64,000 nucleotides of DNA, from the NCBI GenBank assembly GCA_002479255.1, contig DLMJ01000032.1, positions 30,908 to 94,907 on the forward strand, in the 5' to 3' direction. Positions 47,191 to 56,583 of the stretch are shown piece after piece. Made by a program: the position numbers and the translations under genes. Position 1 is the stretch's first letter. Each line of letters begins with the position of its first letter. A model generated the notes under the pieces. That model did not search any database, was not told where the DNA came from, and saw nothing but the letters and a program-made list of their open reading frames with translations. The stretch comes from Candidatus Binatus soli. GTDB taxonomy: Bacteria; Desulfobacterota; Binatia; Binatales; Binataceae.

Positions 47191-47223
47191 ATGACATTAT
47201 GTCATCAGATGACATTCTGTCAT
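47191..47223. promoter_or_regulatory. Two tandem 15-bp palindromes, candidate operator
   Basis: ATGACATTATGTCAT (47191-47205), CAG, then ATGACATTCTGTCAT (47209-47223). They lie 153 nt upstream of the PAS gene start, in AT-rich DNA. Confidence 0.5.
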
Positions 47224-47333
47224 CCAGCCTCACATCAGAAACGTTGCTGACCAGATTAATGCGTGTTTAGAGCGGAAACAGTTTCGGATTGCTCCCAGAA
47301 GGCCATCACGAAGGAGGGACGGCGGCGCATCCG

Positions 47334-48047
47334 CTAATCGGCTGGTGCGTCGCCTGCGGGCTTCGACCCATTGGGCCCCGGAGTACGAATCGCGACTTGC
47401 CGTGGCTCAGGTTTGTCGTCTCTAAACGCGTACTCCCAAGTGCGCTTGAAGTTCTGGATGCGTTGGTAGCATTCGGTCATGAAAAAATGATCGCATCCGA
47501 GGGTGTGATACAGCTCGTGCCGCGTCACCATCGACGGCCACATGAAAAGCTGATTGACAGTCGCGGCATCTGCATACGTGAAGACTTTCGAGCGTGTTTC
47601 ATCATCGGTCCATCCAAGGACTTCCGGCAACCCCACAGAAACAGAACCGAGGCCGTAAGCAGCGTCGAACAAGTTACGATTCACGAACCAGACCTGCTTC
47701 GCGCACCTGTCTGGCTTGGGGACTGCCTCGAGCTGATTCGCAATCTGATAGTAGAACAGGTCCGAAGCGTCCCGGTCGAGTTCCTCGTAAGAGACTGGCT
47801 GGAATCTCAGTTTGAACCAGTCGCCCTCGTTATCATTCCAGCCGGAGATCAGTTCGTTCGCGCGGCCCCTGTTGACGTTGTGATCGAGATAGACACAGGT
47901 GGGAATCGTCTCGGACGGTCCCCAATCCATCGCCTCGCGCGTCGCCGGCTGATCGATGCCGATAAACGTACATGCCGAACACTCGACCAGAATCGCTCCC
48001 AGCACCAGCGCCATGAGCACGGTCCGGTTGTTGAGAGTGTGAATCAT
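47334..48047 (-). CDS. Secreted or lipoprotein-like protein with a metzincin zinc-binding signature
   Basis: HELYHTLGCDH equals HExxHxxGxxH. The N-terminal MIHTLNNRTVLMALVLGAILVECSAC is signal-like. The start is uncertain (48146 or 48047). Confidence 0.5.
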   Translation of the reverse strand: MIHTLNNRTVLMALVLGAILVECSACTFIGIDQPATREAMDWGPSETIPTCVYLDHNVNRGRANELISGWNDNEGDWFKLRFQPVSYEELDRDASDLFYYQIANQLEAVPKPDRCAKQVWFVNRNLFDAAYGLGSVSVGLPEVLGWTDDETRSKVFTYADAATVNQLFMWPSMVTRHELYHTLGCDHFFMTECYQRIQNFKRTWEYAFRDDKPEPRQVAIRTPGPNGSKPAGDAPAD

Positions 48048-48485
48048 CGCTTTCGCGGCGTTTGATCCGGTTCTTGGTTGTAACACGGCGCTGCACATCC
48101 TCTCTCGATGGTGCCTTTCCCCTAGCGCTCTGGTGCGAAGCTTCATCGCAGGTGAGTACCCCCCTCGACGGCGAATGTCGTTTCACAACGTCGTCGGTGT
48201 TGGGGTATTGCAATTGATATGCCGATACAGGAAATGCCGGAATGCGATAATCAATTTAGTGTTGCGCCTATCTATTGTGCGCAGGTATTTCATGGCCTCG
48301 TTCATTATGAGAGATAGAGCGTCAACATTGTGTCGCTGAGTGGCACCGAAACGTCCGTCGAGATTCTTAGCTACAGCAGCTTTCGCTCAGAATGATGGGA
48401 TGGACCCCCGCCCGCTTATATATGGCCTCGCAATGGGCCAAGAATGAGGTGATTAAGCATTCATTCGAAGCGAGGAGGGTCCGCG

Positions 48486-48605
48486 ATGGAAGTTACAACG
48501 ATTGGGATCGATCTGGCAAAGAGCGTGTTAGCGGTGAGTTGCGCCGATGGGCGGGGCAAGCTGGTGGTGCGCAAGCAACTGCGGCGCGCGCAGGTGCTGG
48601 AGTTC
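48486..48605 (+). mobile_element. IS110-family transposase, N-terminal ~40-codon stub only
   Basis: MEVTTIGIDLAKSVLAVSCADGRGKLVVRKQLRRAQVLEF matches the conserved IS110 (DEDD) N-terminus. Similarity stops exactly where repeat copy B begins. Confidence 0.65.
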
Positions 48606-48638
48606 AATCCGAGAGAGTTTACTTACAAAAAGTCAGGT
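48604..48638 (+). repeat. Copy B of the imperfect direct repeat
   Basis: See copy A. It starts at the breakpoint of the IS110 transposase stub. Confidence 0.6.
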
Positions 48639-48735
48639 GGGCGGAATGCTCGGCGGGCGGTCTGCGTGTTCCACGATACCGAGCACGTTTCACTTCCCCC
48701 ATTACTTAAAAGCGCATCTTTCCCTGCGGGAATCG

Positions 48736-49572
48736 TTACTTCTCGAACGATGGGCCCGCGAAGTTCCCCGGGATGACCGGCTCCGGACCGCGATTCTGTC
48801 CGAATACTGCGCCGCCTGCGGTCAAACCCCCATCGACGACCATAGCGGTACCGGTTACCCATTCGGAATCGTCACTGGCCAGAAACAGCGCCATCGCCGC
48901 GATGTCATGCGGATGCCCGGCGCGCGGAATCGGCTGGATCAGCGCGAGGAACTGCTCCGCCACCTGCTCACCTCCAGGCAGGCGCGTATTTATCAGCGGA
49001 GTATTGATCCCACCCGGACAGATACAGTTGACGCGAATCCGATCTTTGCCGACCTCAAGGGCGACCGAGCGCGTCAGATTAATGACCGCCGCCTTCGCCG
49101 CACTATAGGCGTGCGGCCCCGCGCCGCCGCGAAGACCCGCGACCGACGCGGTCGAGATTATCGATCCGCCGCCAACCTTGCGCATCTCGGGAATCGCGAA
49201 CTTCATTCCGAGGAAAACCGAGCGCAGCAAAATCGCCAGGCTCTTGTCCCAATTCTCGACCGTGGTCTCGTCGATCGGCCCGACCGCGCCGCCAAGGCCG
49301 GCATTGTTATACATGATGTCGAGACGGCCGAATTCCTTGACCGCGCGAGCGACCGCCGCCTTGACGTCCGCCTCTGCTGAAACGTCGGTCTTCTGAAAGA
49401 CCGCGCGGCCGCCGTTCTCCTTGCAATCGCGAACCGCGGCTTCACCGCCTTCGACGTTCAAATCGGCTATCACTACCGCGGCGCCTTCGCCCGCGAACCG
49501 AATCGCCGTGCCGCGGCCGATTCCACTCGCCGCGCCGGTGATCACTGCGACTTTGCCATCGAGTCTGCCCAT
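48736..49572 (-). CDS. SDR-family oxidoreductase (3-oxoacyl-ACP / 3-hydroxyacyl-CoA dehydrogenase-like)
   Basis: GKVAVITGAASGIGRG, NNAG and YSAAKAAV (YxxxK). The ATG at 49572 has GAGAGGAG upstream. Confidence 0.85.
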   Translation of the reverse strand: MGRLDGKVAVITGAASGIGRGTAIRFAGEGAAVVIADLNVEGGEAAVRDCKENGGRAVFQKTDVSAEADVKAAVARAVKEFGRLDIMYNNAGLGGAVGPIDETTVENWDKSLAILLRSVFLGMKFAIPEMRKVGGGSIISTASVAGLRGGAGPHAYSAAKAAVINLTRSVALEVGKDRIRVNCICPGGINTPLINTRLPGGEQVAEQFLALIQPIPRAGHPHDIAAMALFLASDDSEWVTGTAMVVDGGLTAGGAVFGQNRGPEPVIPGNFAGPSFEK

Positions 49573-49586
49573 CGTGGTGTCTCCTC

Positions 49587-50381
49587 TCACTTTTGCTCTC
49601 CGAGGCTCCTGACATACGCCTTCATCGCGTCGATCGCCCAGTCGGTCGTCATCAGATCCATGAAGAGGTTGCGCTCGAGCTTAAGGCCCTCGGCCAGCGG
49701 CGTCTGCATCGCCGATCGCGCCAGGCGCTTGATGTGGGCCATCGCGCGCGGAGACTGGCTCGCGAGCTGACTCGCCACTTCCATCGCCCGTTCCAGGGCC
49801 TTGCCCTGCGCCATTTCATTCACCAGACCAAAGGCGGCCGCTTCGCGTGGGGTGAATCGTCGCCCGAGCAGCATGAACTCCAGCGCCTGTGCGGTGCCGA
49901 CTATGCGCGGCAGTCGCTGCGTGCCTCCCCCGCCCGGCAAGATACCAACGGTCACTTCCGGGAGCCCCAGCTGATATGGGCCGTCTTCGACGATGCGGAT
50001 ATCGCAGCAGAGCGCGAATTCGAGCCCGCCACCCATGCAGTTGCCATTGATCGCGGCAATGGTCGGCTTGGGCATCGTCTCGACGCGGTCGCAGGCTCTA
50101 TCGAGTGAAAAGCTCTGTGGCTCGCTGCGTTCGTCGAACCTGGCCCCACTAGCGCGCAGTTGCTCGGCGATCGCTACCAGTTCCTGGACCGAGTAGTGCT
50201 GGATGAAAACCCCAGGCGACCCGCCGGTGAAGACCGCGGCGCGGACGCTCTGGTCAGATTCAATCTCGCGCGTGACCGCGTCGAGTTCTTCCCCGGTCTG
50301 CGCCGTTAGATAGATCGACTTGGGAGTGCCGATCGTCACCAAAGCGATTCCCTGGTCCTTTACCATTTTTACCTGCTGCAT
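49587..50381 (-). CDS. Enoyl-CoA hydratase/isomerase (crotonase) family protein
   Basis: KPTIAAINGNCMGGGLEFALCCDIRI and GLPEVTVGILPGGGGTQRLPR. Confidence 0.85.
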   Translation of the reverse strand: MQQVKMVKDQGIALVTIGTPKSIYLTAQTGEELDAVTREIESDQSVRAAVFTGGSPGVFIQHYSVQELVAIAEQLRASGARFDERSEPQSFSLDRACDRVETMPKPTIAAINGNCMGGGLEFALCCDIRIVEDGPYQLGLPEVTVGILPGGGGTQRLPRIVGTAQALEFMLLGRRFTPREAAAFGLVNEMAQGKALERAMEVASQLASQSPRAMAHIKRLARSAMQTPLAEGLKLERNLFMDLMTTDWAIDAMKAYVRSLGEQK

Positions 50382-50599
50382 TGGTTACTCCTCGCTCTGG
50401 TCGCTCACGTGCTCAATTCGTCGAGCAGCGCCTTGGCGTCCTTCAGATCGGCGGTGTCGAAGCCTTCCTACCTGTCGTGCTTTCGGTCCCGCACTTCGAG
50501 CATTGCATTGCTGTACCCAGGTTAGAGGCTGGCAAATCTTCTATCACCCGCCGTCAGGAACAGACAGACAGCCGAACAGCGCCGGAGGGGCGGCGCCGC

Positions 50600-50677
50600 G
50601 TGGCCGGTCCACCGCGGATCCACGGCGAATTGTTGATGCTTGGAATCGAATTCGCTGAATCAACTGTCGGCAGGTAT
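50600..50677 (+). pseudogene. Short fragment of an rve-type IS transposase/integrase N-terminal region
   Basis: VAGPPRIHGELLMLGIEFAESTVGRY matches the WGAPRIHGELLKLG...STV.RY block as I recall it. Nothing resembling the rest of the protein flanks it. Confidence 0.4.
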
Positions 50678-50746
50678 TATACTGTTCGGATCGGGTCGAT
50701 CTTTGCCGCACAGGAAATGCCTCTTTCCTGATCAGGATTAAGTACG

Positions 50747-53281
50747 ATGTCCGACGATGCCGCTCCGACTCTGCTGCCTACTCGCGTGGCGGATGAGCCA
50801 GCTAAGCCTTCATCGAGCGCGGGCATTCGCACACTGCTCGACCTGTTCCGCCAATTTGCCGACATTCGCTCCGAGTGCGTCGTTTACTACGACGGATACC
50901 GGAGCTGGAGCTATCGTTACGACGAGATCGCAGGGGCCAGCCGCGCCTTCGCTGAGCGGCTGCGGCGCGAGTCCATCGGCAAAGGCGACAAAGTTCTCAT
51001 CTGGTCCGAGTCTCGTCCCGAATGGATCGCCGCGTTCTGGGGCTGCCTGCTCAACGGAAGCATCGTAGTTCCGATCGACTACCGCTCCTCCGCCGAGGTG
51101 ATGTGCAACATGCAGCAGGTGGTGCACGCGCGGCTGATGCTGATCGGCGATGACGTCCGTCTCCCCGCAAACGGATTGGACATCCCATGCTGGCGGCTGT
51201 GCGAAGTAGATCTGCACGCAGCCTCGCCCGCGCCCGCTGTGGAGATTTCTCCCGACGATACCGCCGAGTTGGTCTTCACCTCGGGTTCGACCGCGGCTCC
51301 CAAGGGCGTGGTGATAACCCATCGCAACCTCGCGGCCGATCTCGAGCCGATTCAGCGCGAGGTGATGAAGTATCGCGGCTACGTGCGCCCGATGTTTCCG
51401 TTGGGCTTCTTGAACCTGCTTCCGCTGAGCCACATGTTCGGGCAGCTACTGGCGATGTTTTTCCCGCCGATGCTGCCCGGAGTGGCGGTTCTAATGCGCG
51501 TCTACAGTCCGCAGGATATTGTGCGACAGATTCGCCGCCGCCGCGTCTCGTTCCTGGTCTGCGTTCCCAAGATGCTCGAAGTGATGCGCCAGTACGTGGT
51601 GCACAAGTTTCCGGAAACTGCCGCGGCCCCTCCCACCAACTCGCATTGGCTGGCGCGATGGTGGCGCTATAGGCGCGTGCATCGCATGTTCGGCCTCAAG
51701 TTCTGGGGCGTTGTAGTCGGCGGCGCCCCACTCGAACCTGCCCTCGAGGAGTTCTGGTCGCGCATGGGCTTCCTTGTCGTGCAGGGATACGGTCTCACCG
51801 AAACTGCACCGGTCATCAGCTTCAGCCATCCGTTTCACGGGCATCCCATTGGGAGCGCGGGGCAACCAATGTCCGGCGTTGAAGTCAAAATCGCTCCGGA
51901 CGGAGAAATCCTGGTGCGCGGCGACACAGTCACTCCCGGCTACTTCAACGCGCCTTCCGAAAGCATGAAAGTGTTCGAGAACGGATGGTTCCACACCGGA
52001 GACATCGGCAAGCTCGACGCCGGCTATTTGTTCGTCCGCGGACGCAAGAAGGAAATGATCGTCACGTCCGCAGGCCTGAAGATTTTTCCCGAGGACGTCG
52101 AACTCGTCATCAACGCAGTTGCGGGAGTGCGCGATTGCGCGGTGGTCGGCAAGGATCATGTTCACGCCGTGCTCGTGCTTGAACCCGGCGCCGACAAGGA
52201 ACAGGTGGTCGGTCTCGCCAACGCGCGACTCGAAGCGCATCAGAGAATACAAGCCGCTTCGGTATGGACCGCCGGTGACCTTCCGCGTGTCGAGGGAACC
52301 GGCAAACTCAAGCGCAGCGCGATCCAGAAATGGGTCGACGCCGGCGCGCCGGCTGGCGCCGCCAAACCGGCCGACGAGTTGGGCAAACTGATCGCGAGAT
52401 ATGCGCCCGATCGCGCAATCACACCCGAGACCACTCTCGATCAGCTGGGGCTAAGCTCGCTCGAGCGCGTCGAACTGCTCGTCGAACTCGAGCAGCAGTT
52501 CAACGCCACCATCGATGAGGCCGTTTTCACAGGCGCTTACAAAGTCGCGGATCTCGCGAAGATGCTGCACGCGCCAGCGGCCCTGCCCGAGGAATCCTTC
52601 GAGGCGAACACCTGGAACTGCAGCGTGGCCGCACGCGCGATACGGCGGGCCGGGCTGGCCGGATTCGCGATTCCGATGACCCGGCTCTTAATCAAGCTCA
52701 CGGTCACAGGGCTGAAACACCTCGAATCGATCGAGGCGCCGGTGATCTTCGCCGCCAATCACCAGAGCTACCTCGATGTTCCGGTGATCTTCACGGCGCT
52801 GCCTGCGCGCTGGCGCTACCGCGTCGCGCCCGCGATGCTCAAGGAATTCTTCGACGCGCATTTCCATCCCGAGCGGTATTCGAGATGGCGCCGATTCGTC
52901 GCCAGCACGAGCTACTTCGTCGCCGCGATGTTCTTCAACGGATTTCCGCTTTCGCAGCAGGAGGCGGACACCCGTCAGACGCTGCGTCATATCGGTGAGC
53001 TGGTCAGCGACAACTGGTCCATCCTGATTTTCCCGGAAGGCGGGCTCTCGGTGACCGGCGAGATCGAAGCGTTCCAGCCGGGAGCGGCGATGCTGGCAGC
53101 GCGGCTGCGCCTGCCGGTGATTCCAGTGCGGCTGCGCGGCCTCGACCGCATCCTCCCTCGCGGCGCCTCGATGATCCATCCTGGCCCTGCATCGGTTGCA
53201 TTCGGCGCACCGCTCCATCTGGAGGGCGAGGACTACACCGCCCTCGCAAGACGAATCGAAGAGGCCGTCCGCGTGCTGTGA
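50747..53281 (+). CDS. Tri-domain fusion: AMP-dependent acyl ligase, phosphopantetheine carrier domain and PlsC/LPLAT-family acyltransferase
   Basis: FTSGSTAAPKGV, GYGLTETAP, TGDIG and GRKKEMI (adenylation). LGLSSLERVELLVELEQQF with Ser571 (carrier). ANHQSYLDVP with His672 as HX4D, plus FPEGG (acyltransferase). Confidence 0.85.
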   Translation: MSDDAAPTLLPTRVADEPAKPSSSAGIRTLLDLFRQFADIRSECVVYYDGYRSWSYRYDEIAGASRAFAERLRRESIGKGDKVLIWSESRPEWIAAFWGCLLNGSIVVPIDYRSSAEVMCNMQQVVHARLMLIGDDVRLPANGLDIPCWRLCEVDLHAASPAPAVEISPDDTAELVFTSGSTAAPKGVVITHRNLAADLEPIQREVMKYRGYVRPMFPLGFLNLLPLSHMFGQLLAMFFPPMLPGVAVLMRVYSPQDIVRQIRRRRVSFLVCVPKMLEVMRQYVVHKFPETAAAPPTNSHWLARWWRYRRVHRMFGLKFWGVVVGGAPLEPALEEFWSRMGFLVVQGYGLTETAPVISFSHPFHGHPIGSAGQPMSGVEVKIAPDGEILVRGDTVTPGYFNAPSESMKVFENGWFHTGDIGKLDAGYLFVRGRKKEMIVTSAGLKIFPEDVELVINAVAGVRDCAVVGKDHVHAVLVLEPGADKEQVVGLANARLEAHQRIQAASVWTAGDLPRVEGTGKLKRSAIQKWVDAGAPAGAAKPADELGKLIARYAPDRAITPETTLDQLGLSSLERVELLVELEQQFNATIDEAVFTGAYKVADLAKMLHAPAALPEESFEANTWNCSVAARAIRRAGLAGFAIPMTRLLIKLTVTGLKHLESIEAPVIFAANHQSYLDVPVIFTALPARWRYRVAPAMLKEFFDAHFHPERYSRWRRFVASTSYFVAAMFFNGFPLSQQEADTRQTLRHIGELVSDNWSILIFPEGGLSVTGEIEAFQPGAAMLAARLRLPVIPVRLRGLDRILPRGASMIHPGPASVAFGAPLHLEGEDYTALARRIEEAVRVL

Positions 53282-53358
53282 AAGCAGGCCGCCAAAGCCC
53301 TCACGCGCCGCTTTCGCGATCTAGTCGCCGTGGCGGAGGTCTCGATGGCCGTAGTGCG

Positions 53359-54249
53359 CTATGGTATGAACTCGCCCGCGAAAGATGACACACACGCCAT
53401 GACGTGCGTGATCGCATCCGTATCGTATTCGTCTCCCGATCGGTACGTTTCGAAAAATGAGTTCAATCGCGCGACGCGCTCCGGCCACGCCTCAGCGGCC
53501 TGCAGGCCGACAGAGACGCCGAAGTTAGTGAAGGCAAATTTCACCGAATGCGCTCCCGGCTCGCGGCAGAAGTAGCCGGGCGGTTCGATCCACATCCGGT
53601 CAAGTATCGCGAGACTCCGCTCGCGCTGAACGCGTGCCCATTCTTCCTCAGGAAAGAAGCACGTCATCCATAGCATCATTCCAAGACCGAGGTCTTGAGT
53701 GATGACCAGGTTTTCGTAGCTTCGTTCGACGATGGTTTTCATCTGCCGGATCTCGTCTGCAAGCGCATCTTCATCAAGCAGCCGGTAAACAATGTATCCA
53801 TGGAATGGATCGAGCGAGCCTGGTCCGAAACCTGGATATGGTCCGCTCAAGTCTTCGAGCATTTTCCAGTGCATGCCCCGACCCGGAATCACGAAAGCGG
53901 GATGGATGTCCTTCACCAGTCGGATCGCTTTCGTGCGATATTCGGGAACTATCTTGCCCAGTCGTGATAGCGCGAAAGCCCACATCGCCAGATAGTGAAA
54001 GTATTGACCGTCCCGATCCGCGGCTTCGCCGATTCGGAAACCGCGCCGGCGTCCCAGCACACGCTCGACGTCTGCGACCACCCGCTGAGCTTCGTCCAGG
54101 AACTTGCTCTGCCCCAGTTTGTGGTAGAGCGAAACCAACAGAACGACGCCGAAAGCGTCGGTCCATAGGTATCGCATTCCATTGGGCCAGATGCGTTGTT
54201 CGCGCATCCAGTCGAGCCTGCTCAATACTTTTCTGACATTCGCGGTCAT
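53359..54249 (-). CDS. Conserved-looking hypothetical protein (helical-repeat composition)
   Basis: 296-aa ORF with ordinary composition and no motif I can name. Confidence 0.5.
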   Translation of the reverse strand: MTANVRKVLSRLDWMREQRIWPNGMRYLWTDAFGVVLLVSLYHKLGQSKFLDEAQRVVADVERVLGRRRGFRIGEAADRDGQYFHYLAMWAFALSRLGKIVPEYRTKAIRLVKDIHPAFVIPGRGMHWKMLEDLSGPYPGFGPGSLDPFHGYIVYRLLDEDALADEIRQMKTIVERSYENLVITQDLGLGMMLWMTCFFPEEEWARVQRERSLAILDRMWIEPPGYFCREPGAHSVKFAFTNFGVSVGLQAAEAWPERVARLNSFFETYRSGDEYDTDAITHVMACVSSFAGEFIP

Positions 54250-54308
54250 GTCGTTCGTCGTTCGTCGGCTCTCGTGGGGAGTTAGACCTCGAACGGTAAG
54301 TTTGGGAA

Positions 54309-56348
54309 TTATTTTCGTGAACCTGCGATAATCCCATCCGTCTGTTCCGATCCTGAGTCCGGACGCGGACCAAGGATGCGATTCAACTCGTCGGAACTAA
54401 CGGTCTCCTCCTGCAGAAGCGCATCAACGAGCCGATCCAGCTTCTCCCTGGAATCGGTCAAGCAACGGCGGACGCCTTCGTGGCCCTCCTCGAGCAGACG
54501 CGCGACCTCCTGGTCTATTCGGGCCGCGGTCGCTTCGCTGTAATCGCGTCCCTGCGAGATCTCGTATCCCAGGAAAGGCTGCTGCTCGTCGGTCTTGAAA
54601 GCCGCGAGTCCGAGCTTGCTCATCCCCCAACGGGTCACCATGCGGCGGGCCAAACGCGTGGCTTCCACCAGGTCATTCTCCGCGCCGGTGGTTACCTCGC
54701 CGAAGACGATCTCCTCCGCAGTGCGTCCGCCGAGCATCACTGCCAGCCGCGCCTTCAGATAGGAGAGGCTCAGGTTATGGCGGTCTTCGCCCGGGACCTG
54801 CTCCGTCATCCCAAGAGCCTGTCCGTGGGGTATGATTGTCACCTTGTGCACCGGATCCGCAGCCGGAGTCAGCCACGCAACTACCACGTGTCCACACTCG
54901 TGATAGGCAATCACGCGTCGTTCGCCGGGATTCACCAGTTGCGGATGAGCCGCACCCATCCGGACCTGGTCCTGACTCTCTTCAAAATCCGCCATCGTAA
55001 CAGCGTTATGGTCGTGTCTGGCCGCGGCAAGCGCCGCCTCGTTGCAAAGGTTCGCCAAGTCCGCCCCGCTCATGCCTATGGTGCTGCGCGCGAGAGTGGA
55101 CAGATCCACATCGTCGGAGAGTCGGAGCTTGCCTGTGTGGATGCGCAGGATACCTTCGCGGCCTATTTTGTCGGGAAGACTAATCACCACCTGACGATCG
55201 AAACGTCCCGGCCGCAGCAGCGCTGGATCGAGAACGTCCGGCCGATTGGTCGCCGCGAGAACGATGACCTCGAGCCGCTCGTCAAAACCGTCGAGTTCGC
55301 CCAAAAGCTGGTTGAGCGTCTGTTCGCGTTCGTCGTTGACTGCCCCCAGGCCGGCGCCGCGTCGCCGTCCGACCGCATCCAACTCGTCGATGAACACGAT
55401 CGCCGGCGCCGCCTCCTTGGCTTGCCGGAACAAGTCTCGTACACGGCTCGCTCCTACGCCGACGAACATCTCGACGAACTCGGATGCATTGAGGCTGAAA
55501 AACGGGACCCCAGCCTCGCCTGCTACGGCGCGTGCCATAAGAGTCTTGCCGGTTCCCGGCGCTCCGACCAGCAGCACACCTCTGGGAATTCGTGCCCCCA
55601 GGTCGTGGTACTTTTGGGGGTGCCTCAGGAAATCGACCTCCTCCTGAAGCTCGGACTTGGCCTCGTCCGCCCCTGCCACGTCATTGAAAGTCACCTTTGG
55701 CTGCTCGCTACTGTAGCGCTGGGCCCTCATGCGCCCAAACCCGAACAAACCCGATTGACTACGTGCGGCTCGGTTGCTCATCCACCAGAAGAACCCGAGC
55801 AGAAGTATCAGCGGCCCCCATGTAACCAGCATCTCGACGAACCACGGAAGTGAAGACGACGACACGTCTACGACGACATGGTGCGCTATGAGCAGAGGCA
55901 TCATGCCGGGGTCGGTGACGGTCGCGGGAAAGGTCGTGCTGAATTCGCTGTATGCAGTGGGGGCTTGTGGCGCTGCGCTTGGGCTTATGCTCGGTGGCGA
56001 TGCAGAAGGCGGCTGCGCGGGTTTCGACGATGGTTCTGTCGGAGATTCGACCGGTGGCCAAACGATCTGTTTTACAAATTCCCCCTTGATCACGTCTCCC
56101 GTGATGTGAACCCGGGAGACGTTGTTCTCCCGCACCTGCGCGAGAAACAAGGAATAGGGGATAGGAGCCTTGGACTGCGACCATGGCCACATGCCGGCGA
56201 CGTACCAGATCAGCACCGCCAGGGACATCAGCCACCAGAACAGGACGCCGCGCGGGAGCGGCGGCTGCCCCGTCCCCGTCATTCTCTTTTGTGGCTTCCC
56301 TTCCTGCTGCGCCATTTGCCGCATCCTTCGCCCCTTGCAACGTTCCAC
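54309..56348 (-). CDS. ftsH: ATP-dependent zinc metalloprotease FtsH
   Basis: [39 protein letters not shown], the SRH region, [10 protein letters not shown] (HExxH) and two N-terminal TM helices. The exact start is uncertain. Confidence 0.9.
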   Translation of the reverse strand: MERCKGRRMRQMAQQEGKPQKRMTGTGQPPLPRGVLFWWLMSLAVLIWYVAGMWPWSQSKAPIPYSLFLAQVRENNVSRVHITGDVIKGEFVKQIVWPPVESPTEPSSKPAQPPSASPPSISPSAAPQAPTAYSEFSTTFPATVTDPGMMPLLIAHHVVVDVSSSSLPWFVEMLVTWGPLILLLGFFWWMSNRAARSQSGLFGFGRMRAQRYSSEQPKVTFNDVAGADEAKSELQEEVDFLRHPQKYHDLGARIPRGVLLVGAPGTGKTLMARAVAGEAGVPFFSLNASEFVEMFVGVGASRVRDLFRQAKEAAPAIVFIDELDAVGRRRGAGLGAVNDEREQTLNQLLGELDGFDERLEVIVLAATNRPDVLDPALLRPGRFDRQVVISLPDKIGREGILRIHTGKLRLSDDVDLSTLARSTIGMSGADLANLCNEAALAAARHDHNAVTMADFEESQDQVRMGAAHPQLVNPGERRVIAYHECGHVVVAWLTPAADPVHKVTIIPHGQALGMTEQVPGEDRHNLSLSYLKARLAVMLGGRTAEEIVFGEVTTGAENDLVEATRLARRMVTRWGMSKLGLAAFKTDEQQPFLGYEISQGRDYSEATAARIDQEVARLLEEGHEGVRRCLTDSREKLDRLVDALLQEETVSSDELNRILGPRPDSGSEQTDGIIAGSRK

Positions 56349-56379
56349 AAAAACCAGGCCGAGCGGCGCCCGCAGGTGC

Positions 56380-56583
56380 CTACGAGAAACCGTCGAACCT
56401 CTCGGCGAATTTATCCGCCAGGATCGCGCTCGACGGAAACTCGCACATCACGTAGACCTCGAGTTCTTTGTGCCCGCGCTTCAGACGGAAGTCAAATGGG
56501 AGAACCTCGACGAAACGGTGGGATGCCCGCGCGCTCGCGAGTATCCCACCCTGTTGTGCGCTTACTGCACCGGCGCCAGTTCA
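56380..56583 (-). pseudogene. Internal fragment of a PEP-utilising enzyme (PpsA-like)
   Basis: A start-less frame bounded by stops encodes HKELEVYVMCEFPSSAILADKFAERFDGFS. This matches the PpsA block ...[30 protein letters not shown] but terminates before GSND. Confidence 0.45.

Noticed and set aside
48547-49380. The 277-aa plus-strand ORF.
   Set aside because: It is antisense to a clear SDR gene with TGxxxGxG and YxxxK motifs, and its composition is not protein-like.
50404-50466. A 20-codon minus-strand fragment, EGFDTADLKDAKALLDELST, as a gene.
   Set aside because: It is bounded by stops on both sides and too short to assign. It is mentioned only as part of the scar region.
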